A stretch of DNA of 64,000 bases from Coriobacteriia bacterium. GTDB taxonomy: Bacteria > Actinomycetota > Coriobacteriia > Anaerosomatales > SLCP01. The DNA lies in NCBI GenBank assembly GCA_007121015.1, contig SKMN01000028.1, positions 23,653-87,652 of the forward strand. The letters are read 5' to 3'. The position numbers and the translations under genes were made by a program. Shown in pieces: positions 52,988 through 61,427 of the stretch (position 1 is the first letter of the stretch; each line of letters starts with the position of its first letter). Below the pieces are notes generated by a model. The model ran no database searches, was not told the DNA's origin, and worked only from the letters and a program-made list of their open reading frames with translations.

Positions 52988-54499
52988 ATGCCGGACAAGC
53001 ATGACCGAGTGCTCGTATGCGATGGCCGTCACGTCGATGAGCGCGTCATTCTCGCGATACTGACGGTGGGCACGTTCATCGCGCCGCTCGACTCGAGCAT
53101 CGTCAACATCGCCCTTCCCGCGATGGCGGCGGATTTCGGGGCCCGGCTGACCACGGTCGGGTGGGTGGCGACCGCCTACGTGTTGACGACCGCGTCGTTC
53201 GTGCTCGCGATGGGCCGCCTGGCCGACATCTACGGCCTGCGCCGCGTCTACGTCTCGGGGTTCGTGGTGTTCGCCGCCGGTTCGGCGGCGTGCGCGCTGG
53301 CGCCGTCGCTCGGCCTTCTTATCGCGGCCCGCGTCTTCCAGGCCATCGGTGCGGCCGCGATGTTCGCCGCGGGGCCGGCTCTCGTCAGCCGGACGTTCCC
53401 TCCGCGGCGGAGGGGTTGGGCGCTTGGCTGGATCGCCCTCTCAGTCTCGGCGGGCCTCACGATCGGACCGGCGCTCGGCGGAACGCTCGTCGGGATGTGG
53501 GGATGGCAGGGCATCTTCCTCATCAACATCCCGCTGGCGCTCATCACGGCGGGGGTGGCCAGGACGCTCCTCCCCGAGGACTGCCCAGACGCTGAGCCGT
53601 TCGACCTCGGGGGCGCGGCGCTCATCTCGGTCTCGCTCACGGGGGCCCTGCTCGCCCTGTCGGAGACGGCTCGCGTGGGATTGTTGTCGGTTTCGACGCT
53701 CGGCCTGGTGTTCATCGCGGTGTTCGCAGGCGTGGCGTTCGTGCACGTCGAGCGGCGGGTGGAGCATCCGCTGATCGACCTCGGCATGTTCCGCCGGTGG
53801 CGCTTCTCGGCGGGACTGATCTCGGCGATACTGAGCTTCACGAGCCTGTTCGCCGTCACGTTCACCATGCCGTTCTACCTGCTCAAAGTGCAGGGACTGG
53901 CTCCGCAGACGGCAGGGTTGCTGTTGACGGCGACCCCGCTCACGATGGCGCTGTTCGCTCCGGCTGCGGGGCGCGCGTCCGACCGGATGGGCAGCCGACG
54001 CCTCTCCACAGCCGGACTCGCCCTGCTTGCGGTCACGCTGACGGTGATGACCAACCTCTCGGTCGACACCCACCTCGGACTCATCGTGCTGGCGCTCATG
54101 GGGGTGGGCACGGGGCTCTCGGTGTTCAGCGCGCCGAACACCGCCGACATCCTCCGCGCCACGCCTCGGGCACGCGTAGGGGTCGGGTCGGCACTCGTGG
54201 GCCAGGCCCGCAACCTCGGCATCGCGTTCGGGGTCGGCATCACCGCGCTCGTCATCTCGCTCGGACTCGAGGGCGCCGACCTGATGTCGTCCGAGGCGGT
54301 CCTCACGGGTCCTGATGCCGAACTGTTCGTGAGCGCGATGCGTTCGGCGTTCGGGGTCGCCGCGGTCGTTGCGGCCATCGGCGCGGCCGTCGCATGGTCG
54401 CGGGGAGAGGCTGCCGAGGAGGACGTCGCCGCGGTCGACGCGGAGTTCTCCACTCGCGTAGACTTGCCTGCAAGAGAGTCGGGGGAAGAGGGAGCATGA
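52988..54499 (+). CDS. MFS transporter, DHA2 (EmrB/QacA-like, 14-TM) family
   Basis: …ILTVGTFIAPLDSSIVNIALPAMAADFG…GWVATAYVLTTASFVLAMGRLADIYGLRRVY…AARVFQAIGAAAM…, typical drug:H+ antiporter-2 motifs. Start is ATG 52988; GTG 53009 is the alternative. Confidence 0.88.
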   Translation: MPDKHDRVLVCDGRHVDERVILAILTVGTFIAPLDSSIVNIALPAMAADFGARLTTVGWVATAYVLTTASFVLAMGRLADIYGLRRVYVSGFVVFAAGSAACALAPSLGLLIAARVFQAIGAAAMFAAGPALVSRTFPPRRRGWALGWIALSVSAGLTIGPALGGTLVGMWGWQGIFLINIPLALITAGVARTLLPEDCPDAEPFDLGGAALISVSLTGALLALSETARVGLLSVSTLGLVFIAVFAGVAFVHVERRVEHPLIDLGMFRRWRFSAGLISAILSFTSLFAVTFTMPFYLLKVQGLAPQTAGLLLTATPLTMALFAPAAGRASDRMGSRRLSTAGLALLAVTLTVMTNLSVDTHLGLIVLALMGVGTGLSVFSAPNTADILRATPRARVGVGSALVGQARNLGIAFGVGITALVISLGLEGADLMSSEAVLTGPDAELFVSAMRSAFGVAAVVAAIGAAVAWSRGEAAEEDVAAVDAEFSTRVDLPARESGEEGA

Positions 54500-54921
54500 G
54501 CGAGGACAAAGCGCCCGAACAGACTGCACCGGAGCCGATCGAAGAGATACTCGAGGACGCTCCGTGCGACACGCCCAAGACGACGCCGGTCGCCTGGTGG
54601 CCGTTCCTCGTCTACCTCGCGATGTGGGCCGCTCTCGTAGCGACGTCCGTATACCTCCTCGCCGGACTCGAGCCCGTCGTCACCGCGCTCGAGAACCCGG
54701 CGTACCCCGCGCTGCTACTCTCGGCCGTCGCGCTCACCGCGCTCGGCCCGCTGCTCGCGGTGGTCACGTGGGCGGTCGCGTGGTTCGCCAGCTCTGCCGG
54801 TTGCCGAGGAGGACTGCTGACCGTCGCGCTCGTGCGCGGAGCCGCGGCTACGCTCTTCGGCGTCCTGGCGTGGTGGGTGACGCTCGTGCTCGTCGATGCG
54901 ATCAGGCTGGGCGTGTTGTGA
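54496..54921 (+). CDS. Hypothetical membrane protein (acidic N-terminus, ~4 TM helices)
   Basis: ATG 54496 overlaps the MFS stop as ATGA. Sequence is MSEDKAPEQTAPEPIEEILEDAP…WWPFLVYLAMWAALVATSVYLLAGL…. No recognisable family. The call rests on translational coupling and hydrophobicity. Confidence 0.55.
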   Translation: MSEDKAPEQTAPEPIEEILEDAPCDTPKTTPVAWWPFLVYLAMWAALVATSVYLLAGLEPVVTALENPAYPALLLSAVALTALGPLLAVVTWAVAWFASSAGCRGGLLTVALVRGAAATLFGVLAWWVTLVLVDAIRLGVL

Positions 54922-54955
54922 CGCGCTCGGCCCACCTCGAGAAGGAAGCGTACGT

Positions 54956-55894
54956 ATGAACTCACAAGAACGGCTCACAGTCGCGGTCCTCATGGGTGGG
55001 AAGTCGGGCGAGCGCGAGGTGTCGCTCAACACGGGCGGACAAGTCGCCCAGGCGCTCGCGGCGATGGGACACGAGGTCGTGCCGATAGACACGCGCGAGA
55101 ACTCGTTCATCGGCCAGCTCGTCGATGCGGCGCCGGACGTGGCGTTCATCTGTCTGCACGGTCGCCTCGGTGAAGACGGCACCGTGCAGGGGCTGCTCGA
55201 ACTCCTCGGCATGGCGTATGTCGGATCCGGCGTGCTCGCGAGCGCTCTGGCGATGGACAAGGTGATGTCGAAACACTTCTTCGCACATGCGGGACTTCCC
55301 ACGCCCGACTACGTCCACCTCCGCGCGGACGACCGGATAGACATCGGTACGATCACCGCTGCGCTCGGCGAGAAGACGGTCGTCAAGCCAGCCAACGAAG
55401 GTTCCGCGCTCGGTGTGACGATCGCGCACGAGCCTTCAGAGCTCGATGCCGCCATCGCTGAGGCGTTCCGCTTCGACGACGACATCCTCATCGAGCGATT
55501 CATCGCAGGTGTCGAGGTGACGGTCGGCGTCATCGGCAACGACGAGCTCACTGTGCTGCCAACCCTCGAGATCGTTCCGGAACACGAGTTCTACGATTAC
55601 GAGTCGAAGTACGTTCCCGGCATGAGCCGGCACATCATCCCTGCTCGCGTGAGCGCGGAGGCGGCTGCCGAGTGCCAGCGCGTCGCGGTCGAAGCGCACC
55701 GGACGCTCGGGTGCCGAGGGATGTCGCGAGCCGATACCATCGTCGACGACGAGGGCACGGTGTGGCTGCTCGAAACGAACACCATCCCCGGCATGACGAC
55801 GACGAGCCTGCTCCCGGATGCGGCCCGCGCGACCGGCATCGAGTTCTCCGAACTCTGCGAGCGGCTCGTGCGGCACGCGCTCGAGGGTCGCTGA
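54956..55894 (+). CDS. ddl: D-alanine--D-alanine ligase
   Basis: ATG 54956 after GAGAAGGAAG gives MNSQERLTVAVLMGGKSGEREVSLNTG…FICLHGRLGEDGTVQGLLELLGMAYVGSGVLASALAMDK…VVKPANEGSALGV…LLETNTIPGMTTTSLLP…, the diagnostic Ddl ATP-grasp pattern. Confidence 0.95.
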   Translation: MNSQERLTVAVLMGGKSGEREVSLNTGGQVAQALAAMGHEVVPIDTRENSFIGQLVDAAPDVAFICLHGRLGEDGTVQGLLELLGMAYVGSGVLASALAMDKVMSKHFFAHAGLPTPDYVHLRADDRIDIGTITAALGEKTVVKPANEGSALGVTIAHEPSELDAAIAEAFRFDDDILIERFIAGVEVTVGVIGNDELTVLPTLEIVPEHEFYDYESKYVPGMSRHIIPARVSAEAAAECQRVAVEAHRTLGCRGMSRADTIVDDEGTVWLLETNTIPGMTTTSLLPDAARATGIEFSELCERLVRHALEGR

Positions 55895-55949
55895 GGGCGC
55901 GGCCGACGGCTAGGGTGGCAGCGTGGCACGGCGGAGAGCGACCGGGCGC

Positions 55950-58040
55950 TTACGGCTCCGAAGCGGCCGGGTCGGAGGGGGCCTCGGGTAGCTCGACCAC
56001 GAAGCGCGCACCCGAGCGCCCGTCGGGGCGACCCTCGACGTGGACGGTGCCTCCGTGGCTTTCGACGATCGCACGCACGATGTAGAGCCCGAGCCCGATA
56101 CCAGGCCTGTTCTCGCCGTTCGTTGCGAGGCGTGCGAACCGTTCGAAGATGATCTCCCGGTCGGGCTCGGGAACGCCGGGGCCGTCGTCTTCTACGATCG
56201 CGAAGACGCGGCTGTCGCGTGACTCGACCACGATGTCGATGGAGCCCGCCTCGGACGCGTGCTTCATGGCGTTGGACACGATGTTGACGAGCACCTGGCG
56301 CAGACGACGTTCTTCGCCGAGCACCACCCCCCGACCGGTCGCGGTCGCGGCGATGCGGTGGGCAGAGGCGTGCTCGAACGAGGCGGCGGTTTCCTCGGCC
56401 AGCGCGGCGAGCGACACCGGGTCGTGCACGACGGGGGCGAACAACTCCTCGGCGCGCGTAGCGGTGAGCAGGTCCTCGAGCAGCAGCCCCATGCGCTCGG
56501 CGCTGCGCCGCGCAGACGCGACGGCCTTGGAGCGCGCATCGTCCGGCAACTGGCGTTCGAGCAGGTCGAGGTAGCCGCTGATGACGGTGAGCGGCGCGCG
56601 CAGGTCGTGGGTGACGAGCGAGACGATCTCGTTGCGGACCGCGTCGACGCGGCGCTGCTCGGTCACATCGCGGCCGGTGAGAAGGGTCGTCTTGTGGGTG
56701 TCGGCGTGTCCGACCCCTCGCACCTCGACCCACCGCGTAGGGATTCCGGAGCGCGAGATCTTGACCACGGTGGGCTCGACGCACGCGGCGGCGAGCAGCT
56801 CGTCCGGCGACAGTCTGGTGCCGTCCTCGGCTTCGATGGTGAGCGATTCGAGGGCCTCGTCCCACTCGGCGAGCGGGCTGTCGGCAGGGATGCCGAGAAG
56901 GGTGGACGCAGCGGCGTTGACGAGCGTTACGCGGTCGTCGCGGAGGAGGATCTTCGCTTCCGAGGAGTCGTCCACCGCGAACCGGAGGGCACTCGTGGCC
57001 TCCGACACCTCGGCCTGACGCCGTGCGAGGTGGTCGAGGAGGCTGTTGTAGACGTCGGCGAGCTTGCGGAACTCGACCGGGAGTACGGGGTCTTGTTCGA
57101 GGTGAGCGACCTCGTGACCTTCGAGCGCCGCATGACCGTGATGGCGTACGTGGCTGACGAGCATCTCGACAGGACGGCGGACGAGCACCGTGAGCCCGAC
57201 ACCGACGACGAGGCCGACGACCACCGCCAGTCCGGCCGCGACGAGGAACGACAAGCCGAGCACGTCGGGGAGACCGCTCTCGTCGTCGAGGGCGACGGTG
57301 AGCCAGCCGACAGGCCGGTCGTCGATACCGATGAGTTCACCGCGGACGAGCAGGTCGGTGTCAGGACCGGACACGACCGCTGTCGAGAACGCCTGGGAGG
57401 GGGGCGCCGGTAGCAGCGTGTCGCCCGGCCGAGCGCTCCCGGTCGCGCTGAAGCCGACGTCGAGCCGGGAGAGCGAGCCGACATCGATCTCCCGGATGAG
57501 GACCAGCCAGCCCGAGCCCGAAGGGCTGAGCTCGCGTACGGAGGCTGCGGCGAGACGATCGTCGTCGAGATAGATGAGCCCACTCGTCTCGGCGAGTCCC
57601 ACCGCTCTCACGATCGACGCGACGCGGGTGACGTCACGTTCTCCCCCGATGGTCACGAGCGTCTCGCCATCGGAGGAAAGCAGGAGCGCGGCGGTGCCCG
57701 ACGTGTTGACGACCACTCCTTCGAGCCGGGCTTGCGCACGAGCCACCTCGTCCCCGGGTTCGTCTACGCCGGAGCCGAATGCGGGGGATACAGCCGCGCT
57801 CGCGGCGATCGCGTCGGCGAGCGCGACCTCGTGGCTGATGTTCGACGCCACCACCCGGAGCGCCGAGTTCGCTTCGCGCTCGAGCCGGGCGGGATGGTCG
57901 AGGGACGCGAACACCGCGAGCACGAGGGCCCCGGCTATCACGAGCGAGACGTTCGTGAGCAGGATGGTCAGCGTGAGCCGCGAGCGCAGACTGGATGGCA
58001 AGAGGCGCGCAATCAGTGGGGTGCGGTCATGGGCGGCCAT
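55950..58040 (-). CDS. Sensor histidine kinase (TM - extracytoplasmic domain - TM - HAMP/PAS - HisKA - HATPase_c)
   Basis: H-box …LVTHDLRAPLTVISGYLDLLE…, N-box …VNIVSNAMKHA…, G-boxes …EDDGPGVP… and …GIGLGLYIVRAIVESHGG…. There is no adjacent response regulator in the window. Confidence 0.9.
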   Translation of the reverse strand: MAAHDRTPLIARLLPSSLRSRLTLTILLTNVSLVIAGALVLAVFASLDHPARLEREANSALRVVASNISHEVALADAIAASAAVSPAFGSGVDEPGDEVARAQARLEGVVVNTSGTAALLLSSDGETLVTIGGERDVTRVASIVRAVGLAETSGLIYLDDDRLAAASVRELSPSGSGWLVLIREIDVGSLSRLDVGFSATGSARPGDTLLPAPPSQAFSTAVVSGPDTDLLVRGELIGIDDRPVGWLTVALDDESGLPDVLGLSFLVAAGLAVVVGLVVGVGLTVLVRRPVEMLVSHVRHHGHAALEGHEVAHLEQDPVLPVEFRKLADVYNSLLDHLARRQAEVSEATSALRFAVDDSSEAKILLRDDRVTLVNAAASTLLGIPADSPLAEWDEALESLTIEAEDGTRLSPDELLAAACVEPTVVKISRSGIPTRWVEVRGVGHADTHKTTLLTGRDVTEQRRVDAVRNEIVSLVTHDLRAPLTVISGYLDLLERQLPDDARSKAVASARRSAERMGLLLEDLLTATRAEELFAPVVHDPVSLAALAEETAASFEHASAHRIAATATGRGVVLGEERRLRQVLVNIVSNAMKHASEAGSIDIVVESRDSRVFAIVEDDGPGVPEPDREIIFERFARLATNGENRPGIGLGLYIVRAIVESHGGTVHVEGRPDGRSGARFVVELPEAPSDPAASEP

Positions 58041-58236
58041 CGAGCTCCTATCGGACCCCTGTCGTTCGGCGGCGCGTTCCCGGACACGGGGTTTTCAGGA
58101 ACGGTACGTAGAGTGTAGCCAACTGCACGGTGGTTGTCAGCGCGACCACTCCGGACAGCCGGGCGGGCGGATGGATGATAGCTTGCGTTGATCGGCGCCC
58201 GACGGGGCCGCGAGCATGGCGGAGCACGAGCGGGTA

Positions 58237-58266
58237 TTGACGCCTACTGCGCGAGGGGAGTAGTAT
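58237..58266 (+). promoter_or_regulatory. Putative feoAB promoter
   Basis: TTGACG (58237-58242), an 18-bp spacer, then TAGTAT (58261-58266), ~60 nt upstream of the feoA ATG. It is followed by the palindromic TTAG-n6-CTAA element (58278-58296). Confidence 0.35.
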
Positions 58267-58327
58267 TACATCGGACTTGGAGTTAGCTCTATCTAAGTAG
58301 CACTCTGTGCACACAGGAGGCACGACG

Positions 58328-58603
58328 ATGGCGACACGCGACACGCAGGACACACCGCAGACCACCGAGATGTTCACACTCGACCGGCTCCGCAGGGGCG
58401 ATTCGTGCGAGGTCGTCGCCATCGGGGACGAGATGGCGCGCATCACGGCGCTCAGGTTCGGCATGGCCGAGGGCGCCTGCATCTCGTGCGTCACACGCGT
58501 GCCGGCCGGCCCCGTGGTCGTGCGCTCGGGCATGCAGGAGATCGCCGTGGGCCGAAACCTCGCCCGCAAGATCGACGTCCGGCGCGTGGCGAAGAGGAAC
58601 TAG
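58328..58603 (+). CDS. feoA: Ferrous iron transport protein A (FeoA)
   Basis: ATG 58328 lies 7 nt after AGGAGG. …FTLDRLRRGDSCEVVAIGDEMARITALRFGMAEGACISCVTRVPAGPVVVRSGMQEIAVGRNLARKIDV… is a FeoA SH3-like domain. Confidence 0.88.
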   Translation: MATRDTQDTPQTTEMFTLDRLRRGDSCEVVAIGDEMARITALRFGMAEGACISCVTRVPAGPVVVRSGMQEIAVGRNLARKIDVRRVAKRN

Positions 58604-58604
58604 C

Positions 58605-60470
58605 ATGACCGACCAGACCTCGGTCCACTCCCACGCGCCCGTGCCGCTCGAGCACCGTGAAGGAGCGGCGACGCTCGTTCTTGCGGGCAATCCCAACGTC
58701 GGCAAGTCGGTCGTCTTCAACGCTCTCACCGGCACGTACGTCGACGTGAGCAACTTCCCCGGCACGACGGTCGAACTCACCCGCGGCCAGATGGGCGGGT
58801 TCGATGTCGTGGACACCCCCGGTGTGTACGGCGTGTCGTCCTTCAACGACGAGGAGCGGGTCGCTCGCGACGTCATCATGGGGGCCGACGTCGTCATCAA
58901 CGTCGTCGATGCCGTGCACCTCGAGCGCGACCTCTTCCTCACGCTGCAACTCATCGACATGGGCAAGCGGGTCGTCGTGGCGCTCAATATGGCCGATGAG
59001 GCCCGCTCCCGCGGCGTTGGAATCGACCGCGACCTGCTCTCCGACCTGCTCGGAGTGCCGGTCGTAGAGACAGTCGCCGTGCGGGGCGAGGGCATCGAAG
59101 AACTGAAAGTCGCCGTCGCCGAGGCCCGCATGGGCGTCTCCGACCACGAGCTCGAAGAACAGCTCGTGTTCATGGCCGCGCGCGTCGGCCTGCGGGCGGA
59201 AGCGCTGCTCGTGCTCGAGGGCGACGAGAACGTCGCCGAGCGCCACGGCATCGAGCCGGAAGGCGAGCGGGACGCGATCTACCTGCGTCGCCGCGAGCGC
59301 GTCAACGACATCGTCGGTCACGTGGTGACCCACACCACCGAGGGCGCGAACTTCTCGGCCCGCCTCTCCCACGCAATGATGCACCCCGCGACCGGCTTGC
59401 CCCTCCTCGGCCTACTGCTCTACGGCATGTACATCGTCCTCGGCGAGTGGCTCGCCGGCGGACTCGTCGATTGGCTCGCCGAGGACGTGCTCGAGGAGTA
59501 CTTCGTGCCGTTCGTAGAAGGCGTGGTAGGACGCGCGTTCGCCGAGGGAAGTGCTCTGTTCACGATCGCCGCCGGCGAGTTCGGCGTGCTTACCATGACC
59601 CCCGTCTACCTGTTCGGCGTCATCCTCCCGCTCGTGACCGGCTTCTACCTGCTCCTCGCGTTGCTCGAGGACTCCGGGTACCTGCCGAGGATAGCCGCGC
59701 TCGCCGACCGCTCGCTCTCGGGCATGGGCCTCAACGGGCGCGCGGTCATCCCGCTCATCTTAGGGCTCGGCTGCGTGACGATGGGGACGCTCACCACGCG
59801 CATCCTCGGCTCGAAACGCGAGCGCATCATCGCGACCGCGCTCATGGCCATCGCGGTGCCGTGCTCGGCTCAGATCGCGGTCATCGCCGCGCTCATGGCG
59901 GGCGTGGGGCCGACGTACGCCGCAGGCTACTTCGCCGCGCTCCTCGTCATCTTCGTGGGCGTGGGCACAGCGCTCGCACGCCTCACGCCGGGCGTGACGA
60001 CCGACCTGCTCATCGACATCCCGAGCCTGCGCTTGCCGCGCGCCGATAACGTCATCCGCAAGACGGTCATGAAGGTGTGGCACTTCATGAAGGAGGTCAC
60101 CGTCTTCTTTCTCGTGGGTGCCGCGCTCATCTCGACGATGCAGGTCACCGGCGCGCTCGACGCGATCCAGCGGTGGGCCGTGCCGCTCACCGTGGGCTGG
60201 CTCGGTCTTCCGGCCGAGGCGGCGACCGCGTTCGTCATGGGCTTCGTGCGCCGCGACTTCGGCGCCGCCGGGTTCTTCACGATGAACCTCACTGCCGCGC
60301 AGCTGCTCGTCTCGATGGTGACGATCACGCTCTTCGTGCCGTGCATCGCGAGCGTGATGGTCATCGCGAAGGAGCGTGGTGCGCGCTACCTCGTCGGGCT
60401 GTTCGCCGCATCGGTGGGACTCGCGTTCATCGTGGGCGGCCTGCTTGCTCGCCTCATAGGGGTGGTCTAG
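58605..60470 (+). CDS. feoB: Ferrous iron transport protein B (FeoB)
   Basis: N-terminal G-domain …LVLAGNPNVGKSVVFNALTG…DTPGVY…, followed by a polytopic gate domain. 621 aa, immediately after feoA. Confidence 0.95.
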   Translation: MTDQTSVHSHAPVPLEHREGAATLVLAGNPNVGKSVVFNALTGTYVDVSNFPGTTVELTRGQMGGFDVVDTPGVYGVSSFNDEERVARDVIMGADVVINVVDAVHLERDLFLTLQLIDMGKRVVVALNMADEARSRGVGIDRDLLSDLLGVPVVETVAVRGEGIEELKVAVAEARMGVSDHELEEQLVFMAARVGLRAEALLVLEGDENVAERHGIEPEGERDAIYLRRRERVNDIVGHVVTHTTEGANFSARLSHAMMHPATGLPLLGLLLYGMYIVLGEWLAGGLVDWLAEDVLEEYFVPFVEGVVGRAFAEGSALFTIAAGEFGVLTMTPVYLFGVILPLVTGFYLLLALLEDSGYLPRIAALADRSLSGMGLNGRAVIPLILGLGCVTMGTLTTRILGSKRERIIATALMAIAVPCSAQIAVIAALMAGVGPTYAAGYFAALLVIFVGVGTALARLTPGVTTDLLIDIPSLRLPRADNVIRKTVMKVWHFMKEVTVFFLVGAALISTMQVTGALDAIQRWAVPLTVGWLGLPAEAATAFVMGFVRRDFGAAGFFTMNLTAAQLLVSMVTITLFVPCIASVMVIAKERGARYLVGLFAASVGLAFIVGGLLARLIGVV

Positions 60471-60659
60471 ATGTGTAGCGCTTCCGCCCCGTGTCCGACG
60501 TGCGGCGCGCCCACCGACCCCGCAGACGTGCGCTGCCCCCGTTGCAACGCGCTCACCCTCACCTCGTGTGCAGGGGCGTGCTCGGCGTGCGGGAAGACGC
60601 GGGCGCGCAAGACGCGAGTGCGTACGGCCCGGTGCGACGCGGGGGCCGAGCGACCGTAA
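60471..60659 (+). CDS. Putative Cys-rich zinc-ribbon-like small protein downstream of feoB
   Basis: The ATG directly abuts the feoB TAG (TAGATG). The 62-aa product MCSASAPCPTCGAPTDPADVRCPRCNALTLTSCAGACSACGKTRARK… has CPxC…CPxC plus Cx3Cx2C. No family recognised and coding status unproven. Confidence 0.4.
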   Translation: MCSASAPCPTCGAPTDPADVRCPRCNALTLTSCAGACSACGKTRARKTRVRTARCDAGAERP

Positions 60660-60796
60660 CGCAGCGTATCGCGAGCGTTGGCGCAAGTTTCGCTCCAGGT
60701 CAGTGCCTGCGGCGGCCGATTGTGCGCTACGGCTCGCAGCAGTATCATCGGTGCGCGCATCTGCGCTGTTCAGGCAAGCGAAAGAAGGGATCCGCC

Positions 60797-61342
60797 ATGT
60801 CCGTACTCGGGCAGAAGCAGCTCACATCCATCCTGGCAGTCGCGGCAGTGGCGCTCGTTGCCACCGTCGCTGTCCTCGTGTGGCAGAACTCGCGTGCGGG
60901 CACTGCTGCCGAGCCCACAGTCTCTTCGCCGATGCTCTCGGCGACCGATCCCGCGGCCATACCGCCCGGCATGCCCGCCCAGGCACCGTCCGCGGATTTC
61001 GATCCGAGCACCGCTCCGGTCGTGCCGGCAGACATGACGCCGCTCGAGTACGTCACCGCGTACTACGAGGCCTGCGCGAACAAGGAGTACGAGCGTGCGT
61101 TCACCATGCTCCCCGTTGCGACGCAGCAGAATTACGGAGCCGTCGATGCGTTCGAGCAGACGCTCGAGGGTTACCGGATCACCGACTACAGCGTGGATGA
61201 TCCAGTCGAGGTGGACGGAGGCGTTTCGGTCGTCGGGTGGCAGGTCGCCCGGGGGGCTTCTATCGGATACGAGTGGAAGTTCGTCGAGGGCGATGACGGG
61301 TCGCTGCTCGTTCACTCGCGGGTCAGGGCGGGGAGCAAGTAG
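60797..61342 (+). CDS. Hypothetical membrane-anchored protein (TM helix, Pro/Ala-rich linker, small globular domain)
   Basis: ATG 60797 after AAGAAGGGA gives MSVLGQKQLTSILAVAAVALVATVAVLVW…, then …TPLEYVTAYYEACANKEYERAFTML…. No recognisable family. Confidence 0.55.
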   Translation: MSVLGQKQLTSILAVAAVALVATVAVLVWQNSRAGTAAEPTVSSPMLSATDPAAIPPGMPAQAPSADFDPSTAPVVPADMTPLEYVTAYYEACANKEYERAFTMLPVATQQNYGAVDAFEQTLEGYRITDYSVDDPVEVDGGVSVVGWQVARGASIGYEWKFVEGDDGSLLVHSRVRAGSK

Positions 61343-61427
61343 TCTCGTTGCTCGTCTGGGAACGAGTGTACGTATCCACGCGCGCCGTCCCGACAGTGTC
61401 GGGGCGGCGTGCTAATCTTGTCGGGTG

